This document shows, piece after piece, positions 8,989-18,839 of a DNA stretch of 41,845 nucleotides. Positions within the stretch are counted from its first letter, which is position 1, and each line of letters starts with the position of its first letter. The notes under the pieces were generated by a model, which made no database searches, was not told the DNA's origin, and worked only from the letters and a program-made list of their open reading frames with translations. The translations under genes were made by a program, and so were the position numbers. The stretch spans positions 1 through 41,845 of the forward strand of contig JAISBF010000144.1 in assembly GCA_031266335.1 (NCBI GenBank). The letters run 5' to 3'. The stretch comes from Verrucomicrobiales bacterium (GTDB lineage Bacteria; Verrucomicrobiota; Verrucomicrobiia; Methylacidiphilales; JAAUTS01).

Positions 8989-9435
8989 ATGAGTGACGCG
9001 TTAAAATTGGTTTATACCGATACGTTTGAGCACGCCTTTGACGAAAAGGGACGCCTCACTGTGCCCAGGGAATGGCGGGGCGACGGGTTTGAAACCCGCC
9101 TGTACGTCATGCCGCCGGAACCCGGCTGCCTGAAAGTTTACCCTGGCAGTTGGCTGGGGGAAAAAATGCGGGCGCTGGCGGGGGCGGCCATTGATGATCC
9201 GCGGCGCAAGAGCTTTGAGCGCCTGGCCGCGCAGATTCAGGGCGTGGAGCTTGACCGGCAGCACCGCATTACCGTGCGCGAGCGCCTGCGCGCCGCCGCG
9301 CAACTGGGCCGCAACGCGGTACTGACCGGGCGGTTCGATCATTTTGAAATTTGGAGCCGGGAGAAATGGCGCGGCGACGCCGGCCAACTTGGCGCTTTGA
9401 CGGTTGATAGTGTATTGCGGGAGGCCGGCTTATGA
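8989..9435 (+). CDS. mraZ: Division/cell wall cluster transcriptional repressor MraZ
   Basis: Two DxxxR motifs (DEKGRL, DRQHRI) and DHFEIWS. First gene of the dcw operon. Alternative GTG start at 8983. Confidence 0.93.
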   Translation: MSDALKLVYTDTFEHAFDEKGRLTVPREWRGDGFETRLYVMPPEPGCLKVYPGSWLGEKMRALAGAAIDDPRRKSFERLAAQIQGVELDRQHRITVRERLRAAAQLGRNAVLTGRFDHFEIWSREKWRGDAGQLGALTVDSVLREAGL

Positions 9436-9589
9436 GCCGGTCGGCGCGGGAGCGGGCAGACCGGCGGCGGGCAAGGATCAGCCGTTGCCGGGATTGGCGG
9501 CGAAGAAAAACGGCGAGAGAACCAGGGCCGGACGAGCCGCCGGCTACCCGGTTGAGTTGAATTGCCGGACGGGATGAACATTCAAGCGC

Positions 9590-10504
9590 ATGGCAGACGG
9601 GCACACACCGGTGTTGTTGGGGGAAGTCATGGAAGTATTGCAACCAGGCGAAGGCAGGCGAATGCTCGACGCGACTTTTGGGCGCGGCGGGCACAGCCGC
9701 GCCATGCTGGCGACCGGCGCGTCCGTGGTGGCGCTGGACCGGGACGCTGACGCCGAGGTCGCGGCCCAGTCGCTGACAGTGGAGTTTCCCGGCGCGTTCC
9801 GGTTCCGCCGCGCAAATTTTTCCGCACTGTCAGCGGTCGCGGAGGAATTGGGGCCGTTCGACGGCATTTTGCTCGACCTGGGCGTGTCATCGCCGCAACT
9901 GGACACGGCGGCGCGCGGCTTCAGTTTCCAGCAGGACGGGCCGCTGGACATGCGAATGGACCAGGCCGCCACGGTCAGCGCCGCCGAGTTGGTGAACCGC
10001 GCCGCTGAGCCGGAGCTGGCGGAGTTGATCTTTAAATTCGGCGACGAGCCGCGCGCGCGCCGCATCGCCCGCGCCATGGTCAGCGCCCGCGCGCGGGAAA
10101 AAATCACCCGCACCGCGCAACTGGCGGCGGTGGTCGAGGCCGCGGTCGGTGGCCGGCGCGGGGCGAAAATCCATCCCGCCACCAAGACCTTCCAGGCGCT
10201 GCGCATCGCGGTCAACGACGAGCTGGGCGCGTTGCGCGCGGCGCTGACGGCCGCGCCGGCGGCGCTGACAATGGGCGGGCGGCTGGGCGTCATCAGTTTT
10301 CACTCGCTGGAGGACCGCCTGGTGAAGCAGTTCATCGCCACCCGCAGCGAACCGGAATTGCGCGGCGAGGGCCAGGCCTTCGGTTGGCCGAATCCCGATT
10401 ATTGTTTCAGGAAAATCGGCCGCTGGCTGCCCGCTGACACTGAGGTGGCCGCCAATCCGCGCGCCCGCAGCGCCCGCTTGCGCGGCGCGGAAAGGATCGC
10501 ATGA
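9590..10504 (+). CDS. rsmH: 16S rRNA m4C1402 methyltransferase
   Basis: HTPVLL, DATFGRGGHS, DLGVSSPQLD, FQALRIAVNDEL, SFHSLEDR and NPRARSARLR. Confidence 0.97.
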   Translation: MADGHTPVLLGEVMEVLQPGEGRRMLDATFGRGGHSRAMLATGASVVALDRDADAEVAAQSLTVEFPGAFRFRRANFSALSAVAEELGPFDGILLDLGVSSPQLDTAARGFSFQQDGPLDMRMDQAATVSAAELVNRAAEPELAELIFKFGDEPRARRIARAMVSARAREKITRTAQLAAVVEAAVGGRRGAKIHPATKTFQALRIAVNDELGALRAALTAAPAALTMGGRLGVISFHSLEDRLVKQFIATRSEPELRGEGQAFGWPNPDYCFRKIGRWLPADTEVAANPRARSARLRGAERIA

Positions 10505-10872
10505 GCCGCAACCGCATCAAATCCGCCAACAGTTTGCGGCCTCGCTGGCTGGGATGGGTGATTGTCGTCACGATAGTGGCGGCCGGTCTCGGCGGTCTGT
10601 ACGTGTATTGGCAAAACAAAATCGATGTCCTCGCCAAGGATAACAAAAAACTGGAAGCGGAGCTGGCTGATTGGCAAAAGAAGAACGGCCGGTTGGCCCT
10701 GCAACGCCAGAGCTTGACCACGCCGAATTCGCTGGTCCGGCGGCTGGACTATTTTCATATCGAGATGGTGGCGTTGAACAAATTACCGGTGCTGGACGCG
10801 CAAAGTTTCCGCGCGACCGAACCCTCCATGCTGGCGCGCGGCCCCAGGCCGGGCGGGGAGAGTTATCCGTGA
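10501..10872 (+). CDS. ftsL: Putative cell division protein FtsL
   Basis: Short basic N-terminus, one TM helix and a coiled coil. Lies between rsmH and ftsI with 4-bp overlaps at both ends. Confidence 0.7.
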   Translation: MSRNRIKSANSLRPRWLGWVIVVTIVAAGLGGLYVYWQNKIDVLAKDNKKLEAELADWQKKNGRLALQRQSLTTPNSLVRRLDYFHIEMVALNKLPVLDAQSFRATEPSMLARGPRPGGESYP

Positions 10873-12641
10873 ACCACGCGTTGCAACTCCGGGCGGTGTG
10901 GGTGCTGCTGTTGTTCGCGGTCGGGTTCACCGTCGTGTCGGCGCGCCTGATTCAGTTGCAGATATTGCGCCATGCCAAATACCAGGAGGAGGCCATGCGC
11001 GCGCAATGCCGCGTGATTCCGGTGCCGGCGCTGCGCGGCCGCATCCTGGACTGTCAGCGGCGGATTTTCGCCCAGAGCGTGCCGGTGGTGGATTTGTACA
11101 TCGACGGCAAGCTGGCGACGGAAGATCCGGGCAGGCTGGACCAGGTGGCCCGGTTGCTCGGCCTGCCACCCGCAGAGTTGCGCGCCAGGCTGTCCCCGGT
11201 CAGGCGGAACGAATTGCTCCAGCCGGAACTGGATCCCGCGGTGGCCGACCAGTTGCGCGCCCTGACCCCGAAATACCGGCCGCTGATTTTCACCGACCGG
11301 ATCAAGCGGGTTTACCCGAACGGCTGGGAAGGCAGCCATGTCATCGGTTTCACCAACCAGGTGCCGCTGCAAATGGACGACTGGGAAAAAGCAATCAATA
11401 CCGAGCAGGGGATGCTAGGCATCGAGCAGGCGCTGGATTATTACCTGGCGGGCCGCGCCGGGGAACGCCGGGTGGTGCTGGACAAGACCGGCCGGGAAAT
11501 CCCGGCCTACCGGATGTCCGACCATCAGCCGCAGAACGGCTGCGACATCGTGCTGACCATCGACCAGGTGATCCAGCACGCGATTGAGGAGGAGGCGGAC
11601 CAATTGATGCGGCAATACACGCCGGCCACGGTGAGCATTCTGGTGCTGCGGCCCGCCACCGGGGAGGTGCTCGGCCTGACCAATCGCCCGACCTTCGACC
11701 CGGGCAACCGGCGGACGATGAGCGACCTCGCCAGTCTGCGCAATTGCACCCTGACGGATATTTATGAGCCAGGTTCGACCTTCAAGATTGTCACCGCCGC
11801 GGCGGTGTTGAGCGAGGGCGTCGCGACGCTGGAGACGCCGATTTATTGCGAGAACGGCGCCTTTTATTACGCCGGGACGACCTTGCGCGACACGCACGAG
11901 AACGGCACGCTGACCGTGCGCCGGGCGCTGGAAGTTTCCAGCAACATCGCGTTCGCCAAGCTGGGGCTGGCGCTGGGGCCGGACAAGTTGTACCGGCAAA
12001 TCCGGCTGATGGGCTTCGGCGAGCGCGCGCAGGAGACGAAATACGCGCTGCCCGGCGAGCAGAAGGGATTGCTGCGCCCGACCGACAAGTGGAGCAAAAT
12101 TTCGCTGACCCGGGTGCCGATTGGCTATGAAATCGGCGTGACGAATTTGCAGATGACCATGGCCATGGCCAGCGTCGCCAACGGCGGCCAACTGGTGCGG
12201 CCGCTGTTTATCAAGGCGATTGTTGATCCCAACGGCCGGGTGGTGCGGGAGTTTGCGCCGCAGGTGGTGCGGCGGGTGATTCCGGCCGACGTGGCGGCGC
12301 AACTTCGCCAGACGCTGGCCGGGGTGGTGTCCGACGAAGGCACCGCGCAGGGGGCGCAGGTCGAGGGCTGGACCGTGGCGGGCAAGACCGGCACCGCCAG
12401 GAAATTCATCAACGGTCATTACGAACACGGCGCCTACTACAGCTCGTTCATCGGTTTTGTGCCCGCCGACCAGCCGCAGTTCCTGATTTCCATCATGGTC
12501 AACCAGCCGCGCGGGCAGGTGTACGGCGGCAAAGTGGCGGGGCCGGCGTTCAGCAGCATCGCCACCAAGGTCGCGCAACAACTGAACATGATCGCCGGCG
12601 GGCCGCCGCGCGAGCTGGCGAAAGGAGCGGTCAGCCGATGA
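10869..12641 (+). CDS. ftsI: Class B penicillin-binding protein (FtsI/PBP3)
   Basis: RGRILD, RVYP, EPGSTFK (SxxK), SSN (SxN) and KTGT. The GTG start at 10869 overlaps the ftsL stop. Confidence 0.93.
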   Translation: MNHALQLRAVWVLLLFAVGFTVVSARLIQLQILRHAKYQEEAMRAQCRVIPVPALRGRILDCQRRIFAQSVPVVDLYIDGKLATEDPGRLDQVARLLGLPPAELRARLSPVRRNELLQPELDPAVADQLRALTPKYRPLIFTDRIKRVYPNGWEGSHVIGFTNQVPLQMDDWEKAINTEQGMLGIEQALDYYLAGRAGERRVVLDKTGREIPAYRMSDHQPQNGCDIVLTIDQVIQHAIEEEADQLMRQYTPATVSILVLRPATGEVLGLTNRPTFDPGNRRTMSDLASLRNCTLTDIYEPGSTFKIVTAAAVLSEGVATLETPIYCENGAFYYAGTTLRDTHENGTLTVRRALEVSSNIAFAKLGLALGPDKLYRQIRLMGFGERAQETKYALPGEQKGLLRPTDKWSKISLTRVPIGYEIGVTNLQMTMAMASVANGGQLVRPLFIKAIVDPNGRVVREFAPQVVRRVIPADVAAQLRQTLAGVVSDEGTAQGAQVEGWTVAGKTGTARKFINGHYEHGAYYSSFIGFVPADQPQFLISIMVNQPRGQVYGGKVAGPAFSSIATKVAQQLNMIAGGPPRELAKGAVSR

Positions 12642-14110
12642 AACTCGCCGACTTGACGCAAGGGGTGACGATCAGCGGGCGTTACGACGCCGCTGACGGT
12701 GACGTGGAAATTTCGTCGCTGGCGTATGACGCGCGGCAAGTGACGCCGGGGGCGCTGTTCTGCACGTGGCGCGGGTTCAAATCGGACGGGCACCGTTTTG
12801 TCGCCGACGCCGTGCGGCGCGGCGCGGCGGCGCTGCTGGTGGAAAAATTGCCGGAACCGCTGCCGCGCATTCCGACGCTGTTGGTGGCGTCGGGGCGGCG
12901 GGCGCTGGCGCTGCTGGCGGCGAACTTTTACGGCCATCCGGCGCAAGCGCTGGATTTGACGGGCATCACGGGCACCAACGGCAAATCGTCCACCGGCTTT
13001 TTGCTGCATTATCTCAAGGAACAAGCGGGCCGCAAATGCGGGCTGCTCGGCACGGTCGAGTATCGCGCGGGGGACGAGAAAATCGCCGCGGCGCGCACCA
13101 CGCCGGAAAGTTCGGACTTGCAGGCGCTGCTGGCGCAAATCCGCGCCGCCGGCTGCCGGTCGGCGGTGCTGGAGGTGTCCTCGCACGCGCTGGAACTCGA
13201 CCGCGTGTACGGCGTGCCGTTCCGCGCCGCGGTGTTCACCAACCTGACGCGCGACCACCTGGACTTCCACGGCACCATGCAGGACTATGGCCAGGCCAAG
13301 CGCAAATTGTTCGCCACGCTGCCGGCGGGCAGCCTGGCGGTGATGAATCTCGACGACCGCTACAGCGCGCGCCTACTGGACGCGGTGCCGCTGACCGCGC
13401 GGACCGTGACCTACGGATTCGCGCCGCCGGCGAGCTATCGGGCGGAAAACATCCAATTGAGCGCCAACGGCAGCGTCTTCGACCTGGTCACGCCGAACGG
13501 CACGCTGCTGGCGCGCTCGCCGTGGTTGGGCCGCTACAACGTCGCCAACACGCTCGCGGCGCTGACGGTGATGGCCGCCGGCGGCGAGGCTTCGCTGGAG
13601 GAACTGGCCGACTGGCTGCCGGCCGCGCCGTATGTGCCGGGCCGGTTGCAAAAAGTGCCGCACGGCGGCGGGTTCACCGTGCTGGTGGATTACGCCCACT
13701 CGGACGACGCGGTGCGCAACGTGCTGCAAAGCCTGCGCCCGCTGTGCCGGGGCAAATTGAAAATCTTGCTCGGCTGCGGCGGCGACCGCGACTGCACCAA
13801 GCGCCCGCTGATGGCGCTGGCGGCCTGCGAGCTGGCGGACGAGGCGGTGTTCACCGCTGACAATCCGCGCAACGAGGACCCCGCGCTGATTTTGCGCGAC
13901 ATGCAGGTGGGCGTGGCGAATTTCAGCAATTACCGGGTGATTCCCGACCGGGCGCAGGCGATTGCCGCCATTCTCCGGCACGCCGCTGACGCTGACCTCA
14001 TCGTGCTGGCGGGCAAGGGGCACGAGACCACGCAGGAAATCAACGACGCGCGGCACCCGTTTGCCGACGCCGAGGTGGCTGCGCAAATCCTGAACGGAGG
14101 CGCCGCATGA
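12638..14110 (+). CDS. murE: UDP-MurNAc-L-Ala-D-Glu:meso-DAP ligase
   Basis: GITGTNGKSS, EVSSHAL, TNLTRDHLDFH and DYAH. The DNPR motif indicates meso-DAP specificity. Confidence 0.96.
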   Translation: MKLADLTQGVTISGRYDAADGDVEISSLAYDARQVTPGALFCTWRGFKSDGHRFVADAVRRGAAALLVEKLPEPLPRIPTLLVASGRRALALLAANFYGHPAQALDLTGITGTNGKSSTGFLLHYLKEQAGRKCGLLGTVEYRAGDEKIAAARTTPESSDLQALLAQIRAAGCRSAVLEVSSHALELDRVYGVPFRAAVFTNLTRDHLDFHGTMQDYGQAKRKLFATLPAGSLAVMNLDDRYSARLLDAVPLTARTVTYGFAPPASYRAENIQLSANGSVFDLVTPNGTLLARSPWLGRYNVANTLAALTVMAAGGEASLEELADWLPAAPYVPGRLQKVPHGGGFTVLVDYAHSDDAVRNVLQSLRPLCRGKLKILLGCGGDRDCTKRPLMALAACELADEAVFTADNPRNEDPALILRDMQVGVANFSNYRVIPDRAQAIAAILRHAADADLIVLAGKGHETTQEINDARHPFADAEVAAQILNGGAA

Positions 14111-15522
14111 GGGCCATGCCGTTGGGAGCCGTGGCGGAACTGGCCGACGGCCGGCTGGCGAGCGGGCCGGCGGCGCGTCACGCGCTGCGCGTGACCACGG
14201 ACACGCGCGCGCTGCGGCCGGGGGATTTGTTCGTGGCCTTGCGCGGCGACCATTTTGACGGCCATGATTTTGTCGCGCAAGCGGCGCAACAAGGCGCGGT
14301 CGGCGTATTGGTGAGCCGGCCGGACTCAGCGTCAGCGGTGCCGGCCGGTTGCGCGGTCATTCGGGTCGAGGACACCCTGGCCGGGTTGCAGCGGCTGGCG
14401 AAAAATTACCGGCGGACGCTGACCGTGAAAATCGTCGCGGTCACCGGCAGCAACGGCAAGACCAGCACGAAGGAATTTGTCGCGGCGGTGCTGGGCGCGC
14501 GCTTCAAGGTGCATAAAACGGCGGGCAATTTGAACAACCACATCGGCGTGCCGCTGACGGTGCTCGGCATTGACGACACGCACGCCTACGCCGTGGTGGA
14601 GCTGGGCATGAATCATCCGGGCGAACTCGCGCCGCTGGTGGAGATTGCCAGGCCGGACCTCGGCATCATCACCAACATCGGCTGGGCGCACGTCGAGGCG
14701 TTCGGTGGGCGGGATGAAATCGCGCTGGAAAAGGCGCGGGTGTTCGCGGCGCTGCCCGCCGACGGTCTCGCCGTGGTGAACGGCGACGACGAGCTGTCGC
14801 TGACCGTGGCGCGGCCGCTGACGGTGGCGCGGGCCGTGACCGTTGGCACCGGCGCTGACGGTGATTACCAAATCGTGTTGAAAAACAGCTCGCCGGCGGC
14901 CACGGAATTTTGGTTCGGCCGTACCAGCGCCGGCGCTGGCGGGGTCGTGGTCGCCCTGCCGCTGGCCGGCTGGCACCTGGCGCGCAATGCGGCACTGGCA
15001 GCGGCGCTGGGCGCGGAACTGGGCGTGGCGTGGCCGTGCATCGCCGCGGCACTGGCCGCGGTGAAATTGCCGGGTAATCGTTTGTCGGTGAGAAAATTCC
15101 GCCGCGGCTGGCTGCTGGACGACACGTACAACGCCAGCCCCGATTCGATGCTGGCGGCGTTCGCGACGCTGCAAAACCTGCCCGGCGCGGGATTCCGGGT
15201 CGCGCTGCTCGGCTCGATGGGCGAACTCGGCGCTGACAGTGAGCGGTTGCACCGCGAGATTGGCGCGGCGGCGGCGCGGGCGGGATTCGAGATTTTGCTG
15301 GCGCTCGGCGACCACGCGCGGGATTTGGTCGCGGGCGCTGACGCCGAGAGCGGCGGCAAGGTCTGGGCGAAGCATTTCGCCGACCATCAGGCACTGTCAG
15401 CGGCGTACGCGCGGGTCGCGCGGGCGGACGACAAGATTTTGGTGAAAGGCTCGCGCAGTCAGCGGATGGAACTGGCGGTGCGGGAACTGGAACGATTGGA
15501 GCGGTCATGTTGTATTTCCTGA
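14107..15522 (+). CDS. murF: UDP-MurNAc-tripeptide:D-Ala-D-Ala ligase
   Basis: TGSNGKTSTKE, NLNNHIGVPLT, ELGMNHPGE, DDTYNASP and KGSR. Confidence 0.96.
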   Translation: MRAMPLGAVAELADGRLASGPAARHALRVTTDTRALRPGDLFVALRGDHFDGHDFVAQAAQQGAVGVLVSRPDSASAVPAGCAVIRVEDTLAGLQRLAKNYRRTLTVKIVAVTGSNGKTSTKEFVAAVLGARFKVHKTAGNLNNHIGVPLTVLGIDDTHAYAVVELGMNHPGELAPLVEIARPDLGIITNIGWAHVEAFGGRDEIALEKARVFAALPADGLAVVNGDDELSLTVARPLTVARAVTVGTGADGDYQIVLKNSSPAATEFWFGRTSAGAGGVVVALPLAGWHLARNAALAAALGAELGVAWPCIAAALAAVKLPGNRLSVRKFRRGWLLDDTYNASPDSMLAAFATLQNLPGAGFRVALLGSMGELGADSERLHREIGAAAARAGFEILLALGDHARDLVAGADAESGGKVWAKHFADHQALSAAYARVARADDKILVKGSRSQRMELAVRELERLERSCCIS

Positions 15523-16604
15523 GTTATTGGCAAGATGAGTTCGGCCCGCTGCGGATGTTCGAATACGTGACCTTCCGCGCCGTGATGGCCGCGTTGTGCA
15601 CCTTTGTGTTCACGCTGTGGGTGGGGCCGGCGGTGATCCGGGCGCTGACGCGCCTGAAGCTCGGCCAGCCGATTCGCGGCCGGGAGGAGGTGCGCGAACT
15701 GGCGGATTTGCACGGCGGCAAAAAAGGCACGCCGACCATGGGCGGGCTGCTGATATTGTGTTCGCTGACGATGGGGGCGCTGTGCTGGTGCCGCACTGAC
15801 AATCATTTCCTGTGGATGGTGTTGATACCTACATTATTGTTAGGTGTCCTGGGCTTCGTGGACGATTACCAGAAAATCCGCCAGAAGAAATCCGCCGGCA
15901 TCAGCAGCCGGCAGAAATTCCTGTGGCAAAGCGTCATCGCGCTCGCGGCGGGCGCGGCGCTGCTGTTGCATCCGGCGACCGCCGACGGCGCGCGGCTGTT
16001 GCAGGTGCCGTTTGTGAAACTGCCGGTGATTGACATGGGCTGGCTGGCGCTGGGGTTGTTCGCGCTGGTCATTGTCAGCGCGTCGAACGCGGTGAACCTG
16101 ACCGACGGGCTGGACGGGCTGGCGGCGGGCTGCACGCTGCCGGTGACGGTGTTTTACGGCGCGCTGGCGTATCTGGTCAGCCACAAGATTTCGGCGGATT
16201 ACCTGCTGCTGCCGCGCGTGCCGCAGGCCGAGGAACTGACGGTGTACGCGGCGGCGCTGGCGGGGTCCTGCCTGGGTTTTTTATGGTTCAACTGCCATCC
16301 GGCGAAAGTGTTCATGGGCGACACGGGGTCGCTGGCCATCGGCGGTTCCATCGCGCTGCTGGCGATTTGCGTGGGGCAGGAACTGCTGCTGGTGGTGGTG
16401 GGCGGCGTGTTAGTGATGGAAGCGGGGTCGGTGATTTTGCAGGTGGCGTCGTTCAAGCTGACCGGCCGGCGGATTTTCGCCATGTCGCCGATTCATCATC
16501 ATTTTGAACTGAAGGGATGGAGCGAAACCGCGGTGGTGGTGAGGTTCTGGATTTTGTGTCTGGTCTTCGCCGTCATCGGCCTGGCGACGTTGAAAATACG
16601 ATGA
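15507..16604 (+). CDS. mraY: Phospho-MurNAc-pentapeptide transferase
   Basis: KKGTPTMGG, NAVNLTDGLDGLA, FMGDTGS and PIHHHFE. Confidence 0.97.
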   Translation: MLYFLSYWQDEFGPLRMFEYVTFRAVMAALCTFVFTLWVGPAVIRALTRLKLGQPIRGREEVRELADLHGGKKGTPTMGGLLILCSLTMGALCWCRTDNHFLWMVLIPTLLLGVLGFVDDYQKIRQKKSAGISSRQKFLWQSVIALAAGAALLLHPATADGARLLQVPFVKLPVIDMGWLALGLFALVIVSASNAVNLTDGLDGLAAGCTLPVTVFYGALAYLVSHKISADYLLLPRVPQAEELTVYAAALAGSCLGFLWFNCHPAKVFMGDTGSLAIGGSIALLAICVGQELLLVVVGGVLVMEAGSVILQVASFKLTGRRIFAMSPIHHHFELKGWSETAVVVRFWILCLVFAVIGLATLKIR

Positions 16605-17926
16605 AGGAAAATTTTGTCAGCGGCCGGCGGGTGGTCGTCATGGGACTGGGGGAAAGCGGCCGGGCCGCCGCCGAACTCTTGATACAGAAAGGAGCCAGCG
16701 TGATTATACGGGACAGTTATTTGAATGAGCGCATCGACCAGATGGCGCGGCAGTTGCAACTGCGCGGCGCGCGCGTGGAAACCCAGCCGGCGGGCTTCAC
16801 GCCCTGCCGCTTCGACCTGGGCGTGCTGTCGCCCGGCATTGATCCACAGGTGCCGCTGGTGCGGCAACTGCGGCGCGCGCGCGTGCCCGTGGTCGGCGAG
16901 GTCGAGCTGGCCGCCCGTTTCTGCGACACGCCGGTCGTGGCGGTCACCGGCACCAACGGCAAAAGCACCACCACCGAACTGGTGGCGGCGGCGCTGACCG
17001 CGGGCGGCCTGCGCACCACGGCCTGCGGCAACCTCGGCGTGCCGTTCAGCGACGTGGTGCGCGGCGGGGATTTTTACAATGTCATCACGCTGGAGGTGAG
17101 TTCGTTCCAACTGGAAACCATCGAGCACTTCCGCCCGCGGGTGGCGGTGTATTTGAATTTCACGCCCGACCATCTGGACCGTTACCCGACACTGGCAGCG
17201 TATCGCCAGGCGAAAATCCGCATTTTCATGAATCAGACGGCGGCGGATTTTGCGGTGGTGAATCCCGCTTGCGAGTTGCCGGCGCTGGCGGCGAAGAAAA
17301 TCACCATCAGCGCTGATCATGATGACGCGGATTACACTTTTCGTGACGGCGCGCTGTACGCGGGCGGGCAAAAAATCCTCATGCAGGAAGCCACCAACCT
17401 CCGTGGCCCGCACAACGCGGAGAACCAACTGGCGGCGCTGGCGGTGGCGGATCTTTACGGCGTGGCGCGGCCGGACGCGATCGCCGCGCTGCGCGCCTAC
17501 CGCGCGCTGCCGCACCGTTGTGAACTGGTGCGCGAACTGGACGGGGTGACTTACATCAACGACTCCAAGGCCACCAATATTGACGCGCTGGAGAAGGCGC
17601 TGGCCGGGCAGACGCGGCCGGTGGTGCTGATTGCGGGCGGCAAGGACAAAGGCTTTGATTTCGCGCCGCTCAAGGCGCTGATGGTGAAAAAAGCCAGGGC
17701 GGTGGTCGCCATCGGCGAGGTGCAAAACCAACTGGTGCGGGCGTGGGGCCAGCATGTGCCTTGCCATCGCGCGGCGGATCTTGCCGAGGCGGTCAGCCTG
17801 GGTCGCCGCCTGGCGAAGCCGGGGGACACGGTGCTGCTGTCGCCGGGCTGCTCCAGCTACGACATGTTCAAGAATTTTGCGGACCGGGGACAGCAATTCA
17901 AGGAACTGGTCGCCAAATTGTCCTGA
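16601..17926 (+). CDS. murD: UDP-MurNAc-L-Ala:D-Glu ligase
   Basis: GLGESG, TGTNGKSTTT, EVSSFQLE, NDSKATN and LLSPGCSSYD. The ATG at 16601 overlaps the mraY stop. Confidence 0.96.
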   Translation: MKENFVSGRRVVVMGLGESGRAAAELLIQKGASVIIRDSYLNERIDQMARQLQLRGARVETQPAGFTPCRFDLGVLSPGIDPQVPLVRQLRRARVPVVGEVELAARFCDTPVVAVTGTNGKSTTTELVAAALTAGGLRTTACGNLGVPFSDVVRGGDFYNVITLEVSSFQLETIEHFRPRVAVYLNFTPDHLDRYPTLAAYRQAKIRIFMNQTAADFAVVNPACELPALAAKKITISADHDDADYTFRDGALYAGGQKILMQEATNLRGPHNAENQLAALAVADLYGVARPDAIAALRAYRALPHRCELVRELDGVTYINDSKATNIDALEKALAGQTRPVVLIAGGKDKGFDFAPLKALMVKKARAVVAIGEVQNQLVRAWGQHVPCHRAADLAEAVSLGRRLAKPGDTVLLSPGCSSYDMFKNFADRGQQFKELVAKLS

Positions 17927-17958
17927 AAACAACATCAAACCGATAAGGAGAACATACC

Positions 17959-18834
17959 ATGAATGAGGAAATGAATGAGCAAAACGCAAAGACCCTGGCC
18001 AGCCCGAAGTTGTCCAGGATGGCATTAATCGTGGTGCTGGGAGTGCATGTGCTGGCGATTACCGGCTTCATCGTTTATAGCCTGTTGAAGGGGAATGTCA
18101 GCGGCAAGGACCATGCCGAGATGATCGCCGGCCCGGAGGATAGCGGCGAGACTGCGACCGTTGCCGCCGGCGGCAGCCAGCCGACCATTGAAACCAATGC
18201 CGGTGAAGCCAATGTCAGCGCCCCGATGGCGGCGGACATGACCGTGTCCGCGACCGCGGCGCCGGTGGCGCCGCTGCCCGGCCCGCAGGAGCCGATTTGG
18301 CATCCGACCACCGGCAGCCCGTCGGTCCCCGCGCCCGCGCCGGCTCCGGTGACGGCAAACGCCGGCGTTGTCTATACGGTGCAAAAGGGGGATTCGTTAT
18401 ATAAAATCGCCCGCCAGAGCGGGATCACCGTGGCGGAACTGAAGCAGGCCAACGGGCTGGTCTCCGACGCGCTGCAACCCGGCCAGACGCTGAATCTGCC
18501 GGCCGCGCTGACGGTGCCCGCCGGCGGTCAAGTCGCGTCAGCGTCAGCGCCCGCGCAGTCCGCGGCGCGCGCCGTCGCGACCGGCAGCGCCGCGGCGTCG
18601 TTCCAGAGCTACAAGGTGGCGCCGGGTGACACGTTGTGGAAAATCGCCCGTCAGTTCAACACCAAGCCCGACGTGATTGCCAGGGCCAACAACATCAGCG
18701 ACCCGTCGAAATTGAAAGTCGGCATGGAAATCAAGGTGCCGGTGCCGGCCCGCGAGACCGCGCAACCGGCGGCGCAACCGCAGGCGGCGGTGCCCAACGT
18801 GGACGTGGCGGCGCTGCCGCAGATCCGGAGTTAA
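17959..18834 (+). CDS. Membrane-anchored double-LysM protein
   Basis: N-terminal TM helix, a Pro/Ala-rich linker and two LysM domains (YTVQKGDSLYKIA; YKVAPGDTLWKIA). RBS AGGAG upstream. Confidence 0.9.
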   Translation: MNEEMNEQNAKTLASPKLSRMALIVVLGVHVLAITGFIVYSLLKGNVSGKDHAEMIAGPEDSGETATVAAGGSQPTIETNAGEANVSAPMAADMTVSATAAPVAPLPGPQEPIWHPTTGSPSVPAPAPAPVTANAGVVYTVQKGDSLYKIARQSGITVAELKQANGLVSDALQPGQTLNLPAALTVPAGGQVASASAPAQSAARAVATGSAAASFQSYKVAPGDTLWKIARQFNTKPDVIARANNISDPSKLKVGMEIKVPVPARETAQPAAQPQAAVPNVDVAALPQIRS

Positions 18835-18839
18835 ACCGC

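Noticed and set aside
9436-9589. 154-bp gap between mraZ and rsmH as an ncRNA or a 42-aa ORF starting at 9432
   Set aside because: I see no recognisable RNA family or convincing stem, and the ORF is Arg-rich and low in complexity. A covariance or synteny search would be needed.
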